Origin: Rhodothermales bacterium
Lineage (GTDB): Bacteria > Bacteroidota > Rhodothermia > Rhodothermales > Bin80
Length of the DNA: 64,000 nt
Assembly (NCBI GenBank): GCA_965262785.1
Contig: OZ253559.1
Location: 2,158,597-2,222,596, forward strand
Reading direction: 5' to 3'
This document shows, one piece after another, positions 1-10,580 of the stretch. Under the pieces are notes generated by a model, which searched no databases, was not told the DNA's origin, and worked only from the letters and a program-made list of their open reading frames with translations. The stretch's first letter is position 1; the number at the start of each line of letters is the position of its first letter. The translations under genes were made by a program, and so were the position numbers.

Positions 1-2
1 GA

Positions 3-599
3 GCCCGTCATGCTAAGCAGTACCACATGGAATACGGGTACAGCACGATGGGCTACGAGATCGCTGGGGGACTTGGCATCAAGATGTCCGATCCTAGTCG
101 CGAGGTATACGTCTTAGTAGGGGATGGCAGCTACCTTATGTTGGCTACGGACCTTGTGACAAGTGTGCAGGAAGGGTACAAGTTGACTATTGTTCTTTTG
201 GATAACCATGGGTTTAAGAGCATAGGTGGACTGAGTCGTTCACTGGGACAGGACGGCTTTGGGACCCGGTACACGTACCCGCAGAATGGCGTGCTGACGG
301 GTGATTCAGATTCCGGTGCGCAAACCCTGCCTGTGGACTTGGCCGCCAACGCAGAGTCACTGGGGGCACATGTCTTCCGGTGCCGCACGCACGAGGACGT
401 GAAGGCGGCCCTTGAGGAGTCGAAGCGCGCGATGACTACGTGTGTGATACACGTTCAGACGGATCGCTATGTGGATGTCCCGGGCTACGAGGCCTGGTGG
501 GATGTACCGGTCGCTGAAACCAGCCAAATGTCGGCGGTGCAAGCTGCGCGGCTCGACTGGGAGGAGCAGCGAAGCAAAGAGCGCTTTTACCTTGGATAG
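3..599 (+). CDS. iolD: IolD (3D-(3,5/4)-trihydroxycyclohexane-1,2-dione acylhydrolase), C-terminal part; 5' end lies outside the window
   Basis: Frame is open from the window edge. It has the TPP-enzyme C-terminal module ([25 protein letters not shown]) and an IolD-type tail (WWDVPVAE). iolA lies in the same cluster. Confidence 0.85.
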   Translation, partial: ARHAKQYHMEYGYSTMGYEIAGGLGIKMSDPSREVYVLVGDGSYLMLATDLVTSVQEGYKLTIVLLDNHGFKSIGGLSRSLGQDGFGTRYTYPQNGVLTGDSDSGAQTLPVDLAANAESLGAHVFRCRTHEDVKAALEESKRAMTTCVIHVQTDRYVDVPGYEAWWDVPVAETSQMSAVQAARLDWEEQRSKERFYLG

Positions 600-1587
600 A
601 ATAGCCCAGTCTCCTCATCCATTCTGGTGCACGTGGCCGTGGGCTTTGGCACTAATCTGTACGCTGACCATCGGTGGATGCGTAAACGGCGAAGAACCAG
701 CCCAGTCTTCCCGGTTGCGTTTCGTTTTTGTTACGCATGGTCAGGCGTCCGATCCCTTCTGGTCGGTTGTACAAAACGGCGCCACAGCTGCGGCGCGTGA
801 GGTAGGTGTACGCGTAGAGTACCAGGCACCTGATTCATTTGACTTGGTCACCATGGCGCAGCTTATTGATGCGGCAGTGGCGTCCAGGCCCGATGGCCTC
901 GTTGTGAGCATTCCCGATGCAGAAGCGCTGCGGCCCGCGCTTGAGTCTGCTGTCTCGGCCGGGATTCCCATTATCAGCATAAACTCGGGTGGCGATGTAG
1001 CCAGGAGCCTGGGTATGCTACTCCACGTGGGGCAGTCGGAGTACGAGGCAGGCTACGCCGGCGGCGTGCGCATGGCGGAAGCCGGCGTTACGCGGGCATT
1101 GTGTATCAACCAGGAAGTTGGCAACCTGGCACTCGACAGCCGCTGCGCAGGATTTGCAGAAGCCTTGGCAGAGGCTGACGGTGCCGCCGTACTGCTGGCA
1201 ACGGAACTTGCCGATCCCACAGAGTCTCAGCAGCGAATTCAGGCGGCGCTTCGGGCGGATCCCACCATTGATGGACTATTGTCGTTAGGTCCTACCGGGG
1301 CGCTGCCCGCGCTGCGTGCGTTGCAGGACATGGATCTGGTCGGGAGCGTACGTCTGGCAACCTTTGACACATCACCAGAAATCCTGCAGGCTATAGATGA
1401 GGGCGCGATAGCGTTCGCCCTGGATCAGCAGCAATACATGCAAGGCTACCTTCCGGTGGTGCTGTTGGCCCTTCGGATTCGAAATGAGAATGCACTTGCC
1501 AACGAAGTCATCCGTACGGGACCTGGCTTTATCACACGAGGCAACCTGGCCCGTCTGCGAGAGCTTGCGCGGCAGGGCACGCGATAG
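469..1587 (+). CDS. Periplasmic sugar-binding protein of an ABC transporter (lipoprotein-type)
   Basis: Type I periplasmic binding protein fold motifs and a lipobox-like LTIGGC near the N-terminus. The first ~45 codons of the ORF overlap iolD and are probably not translated. The true start is likely around 600-650 (an in-frame TTG lies at 646). Confidence 0.75.
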   Translation: MWMSRATRPGGMYRSLKPAKCRRCKLRGSTGRSSEAKSAFTLDRIAQSPHPFWCTWPWALALICTLTIGGCVNGEEPAQSSRLRFVFVTHGQASDPFWSVVQNGATAAAREVGVRVEYQAPDSFDLVTMAQLIDAAVASRPDGLVVSIPDAEALRPALESAVSAGIPIISINSGGDVARSLGMLLHVGQSEYEAGYAGGVRMAEAGVTRALCINQEVGNLALDSRCAGFAEALAEADGAAVLLATELADPTESQQRIQAALRADPTIDGLLSLGPTGALPALRALQDMDLVGSVRLATFDTSPEILQAIDEGAIAFALDQQQYMQGYLPVVLLALRIRNENALANEVIRTGPGFITRGNLARLRELARQGTR

Positions 1588-1589
1588 CG

Positions 1590-2621
1590 ATGGCAGTCGC
1601 AATAGATGAACGCCTGCGCACAAGAGGCCCGCTGCTCCGCTTGCTGTCGCGGTCGGAGTTTGGCGCATTGGGCGGCGCCTTCGTCGTTTGGGCGTTTTTT
1701 GCCGTTGTAGCGGGTGACAGTGGCTTCTTAAGCCTTCGCGGCACTGCAACATACCTGGAAGTAGCAGCCGAGCTTGGAATTGTTGCCATCGCGGTGGCGC
1801 TGCTCATGATAGGCGGGGAATTCGACCTTTCGGTGGGTTCTCTGATGGGTGCCTCCGGGATGCTTCTTACGATACTGGCGGTGCAGTATGGCTGGAACTT
1901 CTGGGCAGCAATTGTAGCCGTTGTCGCCTTTGCGATCTTGGCCGGGCTCTTTAATGGATACTTGGTAATCCGGACCGGGCTGCCGTCGTTTATCGTCACG
2001 CTTGCAACCCTGTTTATCTTCAGGGGCGGCACCATCGGCCTGACCCGAATGGTCACCGGGCGCACGCAGGTCGGTGGCTTGCAGGAAGTTGCCGGCTATG
2101 GCGTGGCCCATACCCTGTTCTCCAGCGACATCACGATTGCGGGCGTGGGGTTTCCGGTGAGCATTGTTTGGTGGCTGGCCCTGGCGGCACTGGCGACTTG
2201 GGTGCTGTTTCGAACTCCGTTCGGAAACTGGATCTTTGGCACGGGAGGGGATGCCAAAGCTGCAAGCAGTGTAGGGGTCCCGACGGGGCGCGTGAAGGTT
2301 AGTCTGTTTGTAGCAACGGCACTGGCTGCTGCGCTAGTTGGAGTTATACAGGCTGTCACGTTTAGTGGAGCGGATGTTTTGCGTGGCGAGTTGCGCGAAT
2401 TCTATGCGATCATCGTCGTGGTAATAGGCGGCACGCTCCTGACAGGTGGTTACGGCTCCGCCATCGGGGCGGCCGTTGGCGCGCTCATTTTTGGCATGGT
2501 CCGGCAGGGTATCGTGTTCACAGGTGTGGATGCGGACTGGTTCAAGGTGTTTCTGGGGGGCTTGCTCCTTATTGCGGTATTGGTCAACCACTGGGTGCGC
2601 CGACGCGCGATAAATGCATGA
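1590..2621 (+). CDS. Sugar ABC transporter permease (RbsC/AraH-like)
   Basis: 343-aa multi-pass hydrophobic protein. It starts 3 nt after the binding-protein stop and overlaps the ATPase gene by ATGA. Confidence 0.8.
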   Translation: MAVAIDERLRTRGPLLRLLSRSEFGALGGAFVVWAFFAVVAGDSGFLSLRGTATYLEVAAELGIVAIAVALLMIGGEFDLSVGSLMGASGMLLTILAVQYGWNFWAAIVAVVAFAILAGLFNGYLVIRTGLPSFIVTLATLFIFRGGTIGLTRMVTGRTQVGGLQEVAGYGVAHTLFSSDITIAGVGFPVSIVWWLALAALATWVLFRTPFGNWIFGTGGDAKAASSVGVPTGRVKVSLFVATALAAALVGVIQAVTFSGADVLRGELREFYAIIVVVIGGTLLTGGYGSAIGAAVGALIFGMVRQGIVFTGVDADWFKVFLGGLLLIAVLVNHWVRRRAINA

Positions 2622-3367
2622 CCATGGATTCGGCTATACCGCTTCTAGAGACGATAGGCCTAGGCAAGTTCTTCGGGCGTGTTATTGCGCTCAAGGACAT
2701 TGCCATGCGTCTACATGAAGGTGAAGTAGTGGCTCTCTTGGGAGACAATGGTGCAGGCAAGTCTACGTTGATTAAGTGCCTGAGCGGCGTCCACGCGCCT
2801 GACGAAGGGGCTATGCTGCTGCGAGGCGCGCCGGTTCGATTCAAAGAGCCGCGCGACGCGCTGCGGCACGGCATAGCCACGGTATACCAGGACCTGGCAA
2901 TGATTCCGCAACTTGGCATCGCACGTAACTTTGTGCTGGGCGCGGAGCCAACCAAGGGCTGGGGGCCCTTTAGGCGGCTTGACCTGGATGCGGCTACCCG
3001 TACTACGCGAGAAGGGCTGAAGAGGCTGGGCATTGATTTGCGGGATGCGGCAGAGCCCGTAGGTACGCTATCGGGCGGCGAACGGCAATCCGTTGCCATT
3101 GCTCGTGCATTGCATTTTGGTGCGCGCGTGCTCATCCTTGATGAGCCGACCTCGGCACTGGGCGTGGCGGAGTCCGAGCGTGTATTGCAGGACATTGACC
3201 GTGCACGGCACAGAGGCGTAGGCATTATCTTGATTACGCACAATGTGCATCACGCGTATCCTGTCGCCGACACGTTTACGATCCTTAGGCGCGGGCGCAG
3301 CTACGGCACGTTTGCCAAGGGTGCGGTGACTCGCGAAGAAGTACTGGCTATGATGGCAGGACAATAA
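2618..3367 (+). CDS. ABC transporter ATP-binding protein (single nucleotide-binding domain)
   Basis: Walker [10 protein letters not shown], signature LSGGERQ, Walker [12 protein letters not shown]-loop ITHN. Confidence 0.88.
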   Translation: MTMDSAIPLLETIGLGKFFGRVIALKDIAMRLHEGEVVALLGDNGAGKSTLIKCLSGVHAPDEGAMLLRGAPVRFKEPRDALRHGIATVYQDLAMIPQLGIARNFVLGAEPTKGWGPFRRLDLDAATRTTREGLKRLGIDLRDAAEPVGTLSGGERQSVAIARALHFGARVLILDEPTSALGVAESERVLQDIDRARHRGVGIILITHNVHHAYPVADTFTILRRGRSYGTFAKGAVTREEVLAMMAGQ

Positions 3368-3379
3368 ATACATCGAATC

Positions 3380-4858
3380 ATGACGCCTACTGTGCTGCTT
3401 CCCAACTTCATCGGCGGTGGATGGCAGAAGTCCATTGCCTCTGAGTACCTCCACGTAACCAATCCGGCTACCGGAGAGGTTATGTCTGAAGTGCCGCTCA
3501 GCCCTGTTGAAGAGGTTGGCAGGGCGGTAGAGATTGGGGCAGAGGCTTTCAAGTCCTGGCGGCGCGTGCCGTCTACAGACCGCATTCAATTCCTTTTTCG
3601 ATTCAAGAATCTTCTTGAAAAGCATTTTGAGGAAATTGCCCGGACCATGACCGAGGAATGCGGCAAGACGGTCGGTGAGAGCCGTGGCGAGTTACGTCGA
3701 GGCATCGAAAACGTGGAAGTCGCCTGCGGCATTCCCAGTCTTATGCAGGGCTACAACAACGAGGACATAGCGCGAGGCATTGACGAGCATATGGTGCGTC
3801 AGCCGTTAGGGGTCGTGGCTTGCATCACGCCATTTAATTTCCCGGGCATGATTCCGCTATGGTTCTTGCCCTATGCTATTGCGACCGGTAACTGCTTCTT
3901 GCACAAACCGAGCGAAAAAGTCCCAATGACCAGCCAGTGGCTAATGCGCCTGCTTGGCGAAACCGGGCTCCCTGGTGGCGTGGTCCAGATGGTGCACGGG
4001 GGCAAGGCCGCCGTGGATGCGCTATGCGATCATGCTGGCGTGCAAGCTGTCAGCTTTGTAGGCTCAACGGCCGTAGCGCGGTATGTGTACTCCCGGGCTA
4101 CCAGGAGCGGCAAGCGTGCCCAGTGCCAAGGAGGTGCCAAGAACATGGCAATCGTCCTTGACGATGCTGACATGGAGATGACTGCACAGATCGTCGCTGA
4201 TTCCGCCTACGGCTGTGCCGGTCAGCGGTGCTTGGCAAACTCGCTGGCGGTCATGGTGGGGAATGCCCGCGGCCCGTTTACGGAAGTCATGCAAGAGGCT
4301 ACCAAGTCGCGTCGCGTGGGGTATGGACTGGATGAGATGTCCCAAATGGGTCCGGTCATTACGTCCGAGAGTCAAAGCCGCATAGAAGGCCTGATTGGAG
4401 CAGCCGAGCAGGAAGGTGCAAGCGTGCTGGTGGACGGGCGTGGTAGCGTGGTGGACGGGTTTGAAAATGGCAACTGGGTGTTTCCGACGCTGCTGGACGG
4501 CGTGCCCCGTGGGGGATTGATTGCTACGACTGAAATTTTTGGCCCCGTTTTTGGGCTCATGCACGCTGACAGCCTGGAAGAGGCAATCAGGCTAGTCAAT
4601 GAGCAAGCATTCGGCAACATGGCGTGTTTGTTTACAAGTAGTGGAGCCGCGGCGCGACAGTTCAGGACGGAGGCTGAGGCCGGCAACATCGGCATCAACC
4701 TCGGTGTTGCCGCGCCGATGGCATTCTACCCGTTTAGCGGGTGGAAAGACAGTTTTTTTGGCACGCTTCATGCCCAGGGTCGGCACGGCGTAGAGTTCTA
4801 TACGCAGACGAAGGTCGTCATTGAGCGCTGGCCTAGTGCGTGGACACGAAAGTTCTAG
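3380..4858 (+). CDS. iolA: Methylmalonate-semialdehyde dehydrogenase (CoA-acylating), IolA/MmsA
   Basis: ALDH superfamily with MmsA-type motifs (FNFPGMIPLWF, HKPSEKVP, catalytic GQRCLA), next to iolD. Confidence 0.85.
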   Translation: MTPTVLLPNFIGGGWQKSIASEYLHVTNPATGEVMSEVPLSPVEEVGRAVEIGAEAFKSWRRVPSTDRIQFLFRFKNLLEKHFEEIARTMTEECGKTVGESRGELRRGIENVEVACGIPSLMQGYNNEDIARGIDEHMVRQPLGVVACITPFNFPGMIPLWFLPYAIATGNCFLHKPSEKVPMTSQWLMRLLGETGLPGGVVQMVHGGKAAVDALCDHAGVQAVSFVGSTAVARYVYSRATRSGKRAQCQGGAKNMAIVLDDADMEMTAQIVADSAYGCAGQRCLANSLAVMVGNARGPFTEVMQEATKSRRVGYGLDEMSQMGPVITSESQSRIEGLIGAAEQEGASVLVDGRGSVVDGFENGNWVFPTLLDGVPRGGLIATTEIFGPVFGLMHADSLEEAIRLVNEQAFGNMACLFTSSGAAARQFRTEAEAGNIGINLGVAAPMAFYPFSGWKDSFFGTLHAQGRHGVEFYTQTKVVIERWPSAWTRKF

Positions 4859-5686
4859 GTATCGGGGCATCCAACCGCGCGCGCGGAAAATATCTTCGCA
4901 CCGCAAGTCGGTACCCAAAGCTTACCCGAGCGGCGGATGCGCTGTAGGATAGTGGGTCTCAGCTGATTCCCACTCGCAAGGCCTCAGTCAGGCCGTGTGC
5001 GCTAGTCGACCGGAGTTGCTTCAACCAATGGTTCCCATTGGGCCCTAGCCGTACTCGCCCGTGGTTCTATTGACCTCTAGCCAGGTGTTCTCCAGGTCGC
5101 TTCGGTAGCATTCTGTCAACATTCCGCCACCCACCTTACACTGCAGTGTAAAGGTGAGCTTTTTGCCAGGGGCGGGCATTTTGGACTCTTCGTATGCAAT
5201 TGTCACGGCATGTTGCCCCCGGTCTGAGCTGCCGAAGTCTGCAGGATCGAATCTGCCATAAAATCATGCTGGTCCAGTCCCTCTGCGGACGCCACCCACT
5301 CTGCATACGGAAGCACCGCGCGCTGCAGGCGGAGGCCAGATTCAGTCCGCTGCCACGTTTGAAAACTCTATCTCTTCGAAGGCTTGCCGCTGCTAACTCG
5401 ACCCGCGAGGGTTTGCCGAGTCCGCAGTTCGGGCGCGGGGCAGGCCGGGCTTTGGCATTGGTGGAGGGCGGTTGTATGCCCGCAGGCCTGGCAGTCTCAA
5501 TCCGCAGGACACGTCTAGGGTTTTGGGCTGCGCACAAGTGATACCAGATAGAACTACGTCCTTGTAACACGCCAACTCAGATACTTGTAGTCAGGGCATG
5601 ACCGCAAGTATTGGAGTAGGCTACATGCGCAGAGAGTTCGTAAATTGTACGAGACGCCTTTCGAGATTTCGCTGCAGAGCACGAGA

Positions 5687-6238
5687 ATGACGGTAGAACG
5701 ACTAAAGAAGACGTGTCCTGACTGTGGCACCTCCGATGTTCCCTGGGATGGTGCCAGGTGCAGACCATGTTATTCCAAGTACAGACGGCAATCTGCTAAT
5801 GGAAGTGGGCAACGCTCATCTGAGAGCTTTGAGTGTCGCGGGTGCGGATCTAGTGAAGCACCTTGGCAAGGGGCGCTTTGCCGCACATGTTTCAAAGAGG
5901 AAAGGCAGCGCTCATCGGACAGTTTTAAATGCCCGGACTGCGGAGAGGAGAATGCACCATGGCAAGGCGCGCGGTGCAGCGAGTGCTTCGCTGAAACCAA
6001 ACAGGAGGGCACCGCCAAATTTCCGTGTCCCGAGTGTGGTCGCAGTGAGGCGCCTTGGAAGGGTGCACAGTGTGGAGACTGTTATTCCAAAGGTAGCCAG
6101 GCGCCACTGGGCGCAGCTCCTTGTCCAGAGTGTGGAAGCAGCGAAGTGCCGCAGGAAGGGGGCATGTGTAGCCAGTGCCGTGACAGAGAAGCCCAAGGAG
6201 CAAATGGCGAGTCATTTCCCGATGATTTACCGTTCTAG
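5687..6238 (+). CDS. Orphan Cys-rich protein with five tandem ~32-aa CxxC-x12-CxxC zinc-ribbon-like repeats
   Basis: The unit C-P-x-C-G-x-(S/E)-(E/D/N)-x-P-W-x-G-A-x-C-x-x-C recurs five times. The ORF track starts it at TTG 5645; the ATG at 5687 (MTVERLKK) is the more likely start. Confidence 0.6.
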   Translation: MTVERLKKTCPDCGTSDVPWDGARCRPCYSKYRRQSANGSGQRSSESFECRGCGSSEAPWQGALCRTCFKEERQRSSDSFKCPDCGEENAPWQGARCSECFAETKQEGTAKFPCPECGRSEAPWKGAQCGDCYSKGSQAPLGAAPCPECGSSEVPQEGGMCSQCRDREAQGANGESFPDDLPF

Positions 6239-6381
6239 AGGCGGCAGCGCTACAAGTGACCGGTACCACGGCGCGTGAGGAGTCATTCTCGGTTTTCACG
6301 TGGCTGAAAAGCCGGGATACTGGTTGAGAGCCGCCTCAATGGCTGGGTGATTTCGCGTGCTGTACACTAATTTCAGCGGAC

Positions 6382-7476
6382 GTGAGCGACAACAGATCGC
6401 AGGCGCTGGCCGTGCCTAAACCGACCAACCGAACACCGGGCGTGCAGACCTCAATTGCGGTATTGGGCGCTGGCAGCTGGGGTACTGCCCTGGTTGTCAG
6501 TCTGGCATCAGAGGGTCACGACACCACACTCTGGGTGCGCCGCTCCGAAGTAGCTGCAACCATTGAGCAGGAGCGCCACAACCCACACTACCTTCCGGAG
6601 GTGCGCATCCCGAGGTCGGTACGGATTACCGCCAACTTCGGGGCTGCCGCGCGAACAGGGAGGATATGGCTGGTCGCCACCCCTTCCCATGTCGTTCGAA
6701 GCATTGCCGAGCAACTGCGTCCGTTTGCTGATGGGGGACGGACGGTCGTCTCCGTTGCAAAGGGTATTGAAAATGATACACTCCTGACGACGACGCAGGT
6801 GCTGGAAAGCGTCCTGTCGCCTGCAATCTCTGCAGACTCTATCGGGGTACTGTCTGGTCCCAGCCATGCAGAAGAGGTGGGGCAGGGTAAACCAACCACG
6901 CTTGTCGCAGCAGCCAGGAATCTGCGTGTTGCGGAGCACATTCAGCAGGTGTTCATGTCGCGGCGCTTGCGTGTGTACGTCAATGAGGATGTGCTGGGGG
7001 TAGAAATAGGGGGATCTGTGAAGAATGTGATTTCCATAGCCGCAGGCATCAGCGATGGCATTGGGTACGGAGACAACGCCAAGGCGGCCTTGATTGCCCG
7101 CGGAATGGCGGAGGTGCAACGTCTGGGCGTGGCTATGGGCGCACGTGCAGAAACGTTCGCCGGTCTAGCTGGGATAGGGGACCTGGTGGTAACCTGTACA
7201 AGTAAGCATAGCCGCAATCGCTACCTTGGCGAACAGATCGGTCGCGGATTTGCGTGGCAAAAGGCACATGCGAACATGCAGATGGTTGCGGAAGGCGTTC
7301 GCACCACGGCATCGGTTCGTGCACTGGCGCGCCGCTATGGTATAGAGATGCCAATTACGGAGGCCGTATACGCCATACTGTTTGACGGAAAGCAGCCGGT
7401 TGATGCGGTGCAAGAGCTGATGACCCGCTCTGCAAAACACGAAGACTGGCTACCTGGACTACAGACGGACAGATGA
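6382..7476 (+). CDS. gpsA: NAD(P)H-dependent glycerol-3-phosphate dehydrogenase
   Basis: N-terminal GAGSWGTAL Rossmann motif, HNPHYLP, and collinear GpsA motifs throughout. GTG start. Confidence 0.9.
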   Translation: MSDNRSQALAVPKPTNRTPGVQTSIAVLGAGSWGTALVVSLASEGHDTTLWVRRSEVAATIEQERHNPHYLPEVRIPRSVRITANFGAAARTGRIWLVATPSHVVRSIAEQLRPFADGGRTVVSVAKGIENDTLLTTTQVLESVLSPAISADSIGVLSGPSHAEEVGQGKPTTLVAAARNLRVAEHIQQVFMSRRLRVYVNEDVLGVEIGGSVKNVISIAAGISDGIGYGDNAKAALIARGMAEVQRLGVAMGARAETFAGLAGIGDLVVTCTSKHSRNRYLGEQIGRGFAWQKAHANMQMVAEGVRTTASVRALARRYGIEMPITEAVYAILFDGKQPVDAVQELMTRSAKHEDWLPGLQTDR

Positions 7477-8129
7477 TGTTGCAGCAATTGACAGACCGAA
7501 TTGCTCAGGGAGAAGGGCCGCACCTCGAATTCAAGCAGCGTGTGCCTGCACCCGAACGTATGGCCAAAGAGGTAACTGCCTTTGCGAACACTCGTGGCGG
7601 CCAATTGCTCATCGGCATTGGCGACGACGGAACGGCGACAGGCGTGAAGGACGCCGCCGAGGAAGAATATGCGCTGTTGAGGGCCCTGGCACAATATGCA
7701 GATCCACCGGTGGCGCTCGAAACCACCCGCGTGCGTGTAAGCAGAAAGCGAGACATAATCATGGTCACCATTCGCGAAAGTCCGAACAAGCCGCACTATG
7801 TGACCAACCCTGTTACTGCCCGCCGCACTGCTTACATCAGGCTTGAGGACAAGAGTATCCAGGCCAGCCGGGAAGCCAAGAGGCTGATGCGCCGGAGCCA
7901 TGATCGAAACATCCTCATCAAAATCGGAGAAAAGGAACACATCCTGTTGCGGCATCTTGAGCAGCATGGGCGCATCACGGTTAGGGAGCTTGCGCGTCTG
8001 GCAGGCATTTCGAAGTCAATGGCCTCGCAGACGCTGGTTCACCTAACCAGGGCCCACATGCTGCGCCACCATGCGGACCTGCACGAAGACTACTTCACGC
8101 AGGGCAGGGAACTGCTTTCACCAAAATAG
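7473..8129 (+). CDS. AlbA_2 (divergent AAA/Schlafen-like) domain protein with a C-terminal winged-helix; putative transcriptional regulator
   Basis: N-terminal E..HLEFK ... AFANT.GG.L.IGI.DDG..GV motif set, and a C-terminal HTH-like ITVRELARLAGISKSMASQTL. Overlaps the gpsA stop by ATGA. Confidence 0.6.
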   Translation: MMLQQLTDRIAQGEGPHLEFKQRVPAPERMAKEVTAFANTRGGQLLIGIGDDGTATGVKDAAEEEYALLRALAQYADPPVALETTRVRVSRKRDIIMVTIRESPNKPHYVTNPVTARRTAYIRLEDKSIQASREAKRLMRRSHDRNILIKIGEKEHILLRHLEQHGRITVRELARLAGISKSMASQTLVHLTRAHMLRHHADLHEDYFTQGRELLSPK

Positions 8130-8230
8130 GCGTGTGGACAAGAGTCAAACAAGGCTGGCCACTGGCAATGGTTTAATCGTCATCCCATTTGTATCCTTTG
8201 CGCAGATTTGCCGTGAACATACCATAGCGC

Positions 8231-10558
8231 ATGGCGCCTGTTAGCTCCATACCTCTGCATGAAACAGCGCGGTCGCGGTATCTCAACTATGCACTATCTG
8301 TCATCACCAGCCGGGCGCTGCCTGACATCAGGGACGGGCTGAAGCCCGTTCAACGACGGATCCTGTACACCATGTTCGCGAGTCTGCGGCTGTTTCCAGA
8401 CGCGCGGTATCGCAAGAGCGCCACCATCGTGGGCGACGCCATGGGCAAGTACCATCCCCACGGCGATTCGGCAATCTACGATGCTATGGCACGCATGGCC
8501 CAGGACTTTTCCCTTCGCGATCCTCTGGTAGATGGTCATGGCAACTTCGGGTCGGTAGACGGGGACCGCCCGGCGGCTATGCGATATACGGAAGCCAAGC
8601 TGCGCCCACTGGCGATGGAGATGCTGCAGGAATTGCGGCAAGCCACTGTACCCTTCCGGCCCAACTTTGACGGCACGCTTTCCGAGCCGGTAGTCCTGCC
8701 TTCCAAAGTGCCCAACCTCCTTGTTAACGGCGCAACCGGGATTGCCGTCGGAATGGCTACTAATATTCCACCACACAACCTGGGTGAGGTGATCAGCGCT
8801 GCCATGTACATGGTTGACGGAAAGCTCAAGTCTGGGGGCGGCGAGTGGCCCAGTGTGAGAATCCGAACCCTGGTCAAACGCTTCATCAAGGGTCCGGACT
8901 TTCCAACAGGAGGGCGCATCCTCAACACGGAGGACGAACTGGTAGCGATTTACACGAAGGGAGAAGGGCCAATCAGCCTCCGGGGCGAGTACCGAATGGA
9001 GGGCAAGAGTCGCGTCACTATCAACTCGATTCCGTACGCGATCAACAAAGGTGATCTCGTAGAAAAAATTGCAGAGAACATCGCGTCGGAAAAGGTGCCG
9101 CAGATCACTGATGTACGAGACGAGTCGACCAGCGATGTCCGCATTGTTTTGGAGCTCAAGCGGGGGGCCAGCGCAGACGCCGCACTCGGATACCTTTTCA
9201 GGCGCACGCAACTGGGCACGCGGTTTCATGTGAACCTCACTGCGCTTGTGCCGACCGAGAATGAACAGATAAGCGCGCCACGGAAGTTCGACCTGTGGAC
9301 GGCGCTAAGGCTATTCTTGGATTTCCGGCTGGACGTGGTCACGCGCAGGCTTCGTCACGAGTTGGAACAGCTTGAAAAGCGGATTCACATTCTAGAGGGA
9401 TTCGAAGTAGTCTTCGACGCATTGGATGAGGCAATCAAGATCATACGATCCTCAAGGAACCGCGCAGACGCGGGACAGCGCCTCCGTCATCGGTTCACGT
9501 TGACGGAGATCCAGTCGGATGCCATCTTGGATACGCGGCTATACAAGCTGTCGCAGATGGAAATTGTTGCCATTCGGGAGGAGCTGAAGGCCAAGCGGAA
9601 GCGTGTGGCTGAGATCGTAGCCCTTCTGGCGGACGAGCATGCCCGGTGGCGCATTGTTCGCGCAGAGCTCAAGGGAATAAAGGACAAGTATGCCACGCCA
9701 CGGCGCACCACTATAGGCGGGCCAGATGAAGACACGTACAGCTACTCGGAAGCGGATTTCATAGTAGACGAGTCGACCATCATCGTGGTAACGCGCGATG
9801 GCTGGGTCAAGCGGCAACGCTCGTACACCAATATAGGCAGTATTCGAATTCGCGAAGGGGACCAAATCGGCTGGATCGTGACGAGTCGGACGCGCAAGAC
9901 GGTAACTTTCTGGACAAACTTTGGTCGTGCTTACACCGCGCGTGTCAATACGATTCCGATGTCGTCGGGATACGGCATCCCGATGCAGAAGCTGTTCGAC
10001 TTTACAGACAGGGAGCGAGTAGTCGGAGTGGCGTCAAATTACATTAAAGCATTGCCGACGGTTACTTTCGGCAAAGAGCAGCAGCCAGTTGAGGAGAGCG
10101 GCGCTGGTCCGATCGGATATGTGCTGGCGTTTTCACGTGCGGGCTTCTGCATAAGACTTGGGCTGGATGCCTTTGCGGAGCCCTCAACCAAGTCTGGCCG
10201 GTACTACATGCGCGTCCCAGACGGGGACGAGGTCCTAGGCGCTTGGCCGGTCGGCGGCAAAGAATATGCGTGCCTCGCGTCCCATAACGGAAGGGGGCTT
10301 GCATTTGCCGTCTCAGATGTGCCGCTACGCAAGAGTGCCGGCAGGGGTGTACAATCTATTAAGCTGGACGATGGCGACTTTGTGTTCGGCGTGACCGTTA
10401 GCAAGAAAAAATCCGAAGGCTTGGTCGTCAAGACCAAGCGCGGCCGCATGGTGACTATTCGGGCAACGAAGTCGTATCACGGTCGCCGGGCCGCGAAGGG
10501 ACGCGCGATCATAAATAGCGGCAGCCTTGCCCAAGTTGTTGAAACTCCGTTGGAGTAG
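8231..10558 (+). CDS. parC: Type IIA topoisomerase subunit A, ParC-like (topoisomerase IV subunit A)
   Basis: GyrA/ParC N-terminal motifs ([26 protein letters not shown], catalytic AAMRYTE). 775 aa, with no GyrA-box (QRRGGKG) in the C-terminal beta-pinwheel. Confidence 0.75.
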   Translation: MAPVSSIPLHETARSRYLNYALSVITSRALPDIRDGLKPVQRRILYTMFASLRLFPDARYRKSATIVGDAMGKYHPHGDSAIYDAMARMAQDFSLRDPLVDGHGNFGSVDGDRPAAMRYTEAKLRPLAMEMLQELRQATVPFRPNFDGTLSEPVVLPSKVPNLLVNGATGIAVGMATNIPPHNLGEVISAAMYMVDGKLKSGGGEWPSVRIRTLVKRFIKGPDFPTGGRILNTEDELVAIYTKGEGPISLRGEYRMEGKSRVTINSIPYAINKGDLVEKIAENIASEKVPQITDVRDESTSDVRIVLELKRGASADAALGYLFRRTQLGTRFHVNLTALVPTENEQISAPRKFDLWTALRLFLDFRLDVVTRRLRHELEQLEKRIHILEGFEVVFDALDEAIKIIRSSRNRADAGQRLRHRFTLTEIQSDAILDTRLYKLSQMEIVAIREELKAKRKRVAEIVALLADEHARWRIVRAELKGIKDKYATPRRTTIGGPDEDTYSYSEADFIVDESTIIVVTRDGWVKRQRSYTNIGSIRIREGDQIGWIVTSRTRKTVTFWTNFGRAYTARVNTIPMSSGYGIPMQKLFDFTDRERVVGVASNYIKALPTVTFGKEQQPVEESGAGPIGYVLAFSRAGFCIRLGLDAFAEPSTKSGRYYMRVPDGDEVLGAWPVGGKEYACLASHNGRGLAFAVSDVPLRKSAGRGVQSIKLDDGDFVFGVTVSKKKSEGLVVKTKRGRMVTIRATKSYHGRRAAKGRAIINSGSLAQVVETPLE

Positions 10559-10580
10559 TGCCACCAGCAACGCGTACCGC

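Noticed and set aside
469-645. The 5' extension of the sugar-binding protein ORF, which overlaps iolD by 131 nt
   Set aside because: The overlapping part is Arg-rich and precedes the signal/lipobox region. It is likely just an open frame upstream of the real start.
5136-5570. 144-aa (minus) and 115-aa (plus, 5194..5541) ORFs in the iolA to zinc-ribbon gap
   Set aside because: They are mutually overlapping, Arg/Cys/Pro-rich and without motifs. More protein-like reading exists in other, interrupted frames (see the finding for 5045-5400).
8294-9229. Long antisense or off-frame ORFs inside well-supported genes, for example 311 aa antisense to parC, 332 aa (16776..17774) antisense to the Tn5-like transposase, and 227 aa (44433..45116) antisense to rpsA
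   Set aside because: They have Arg/Ala/Pro/Ser-rich composition with no recognisable motifs, and they lie fully inside genes with strong family signatures. These are typical shadow ORFs of GC-rich DNA.
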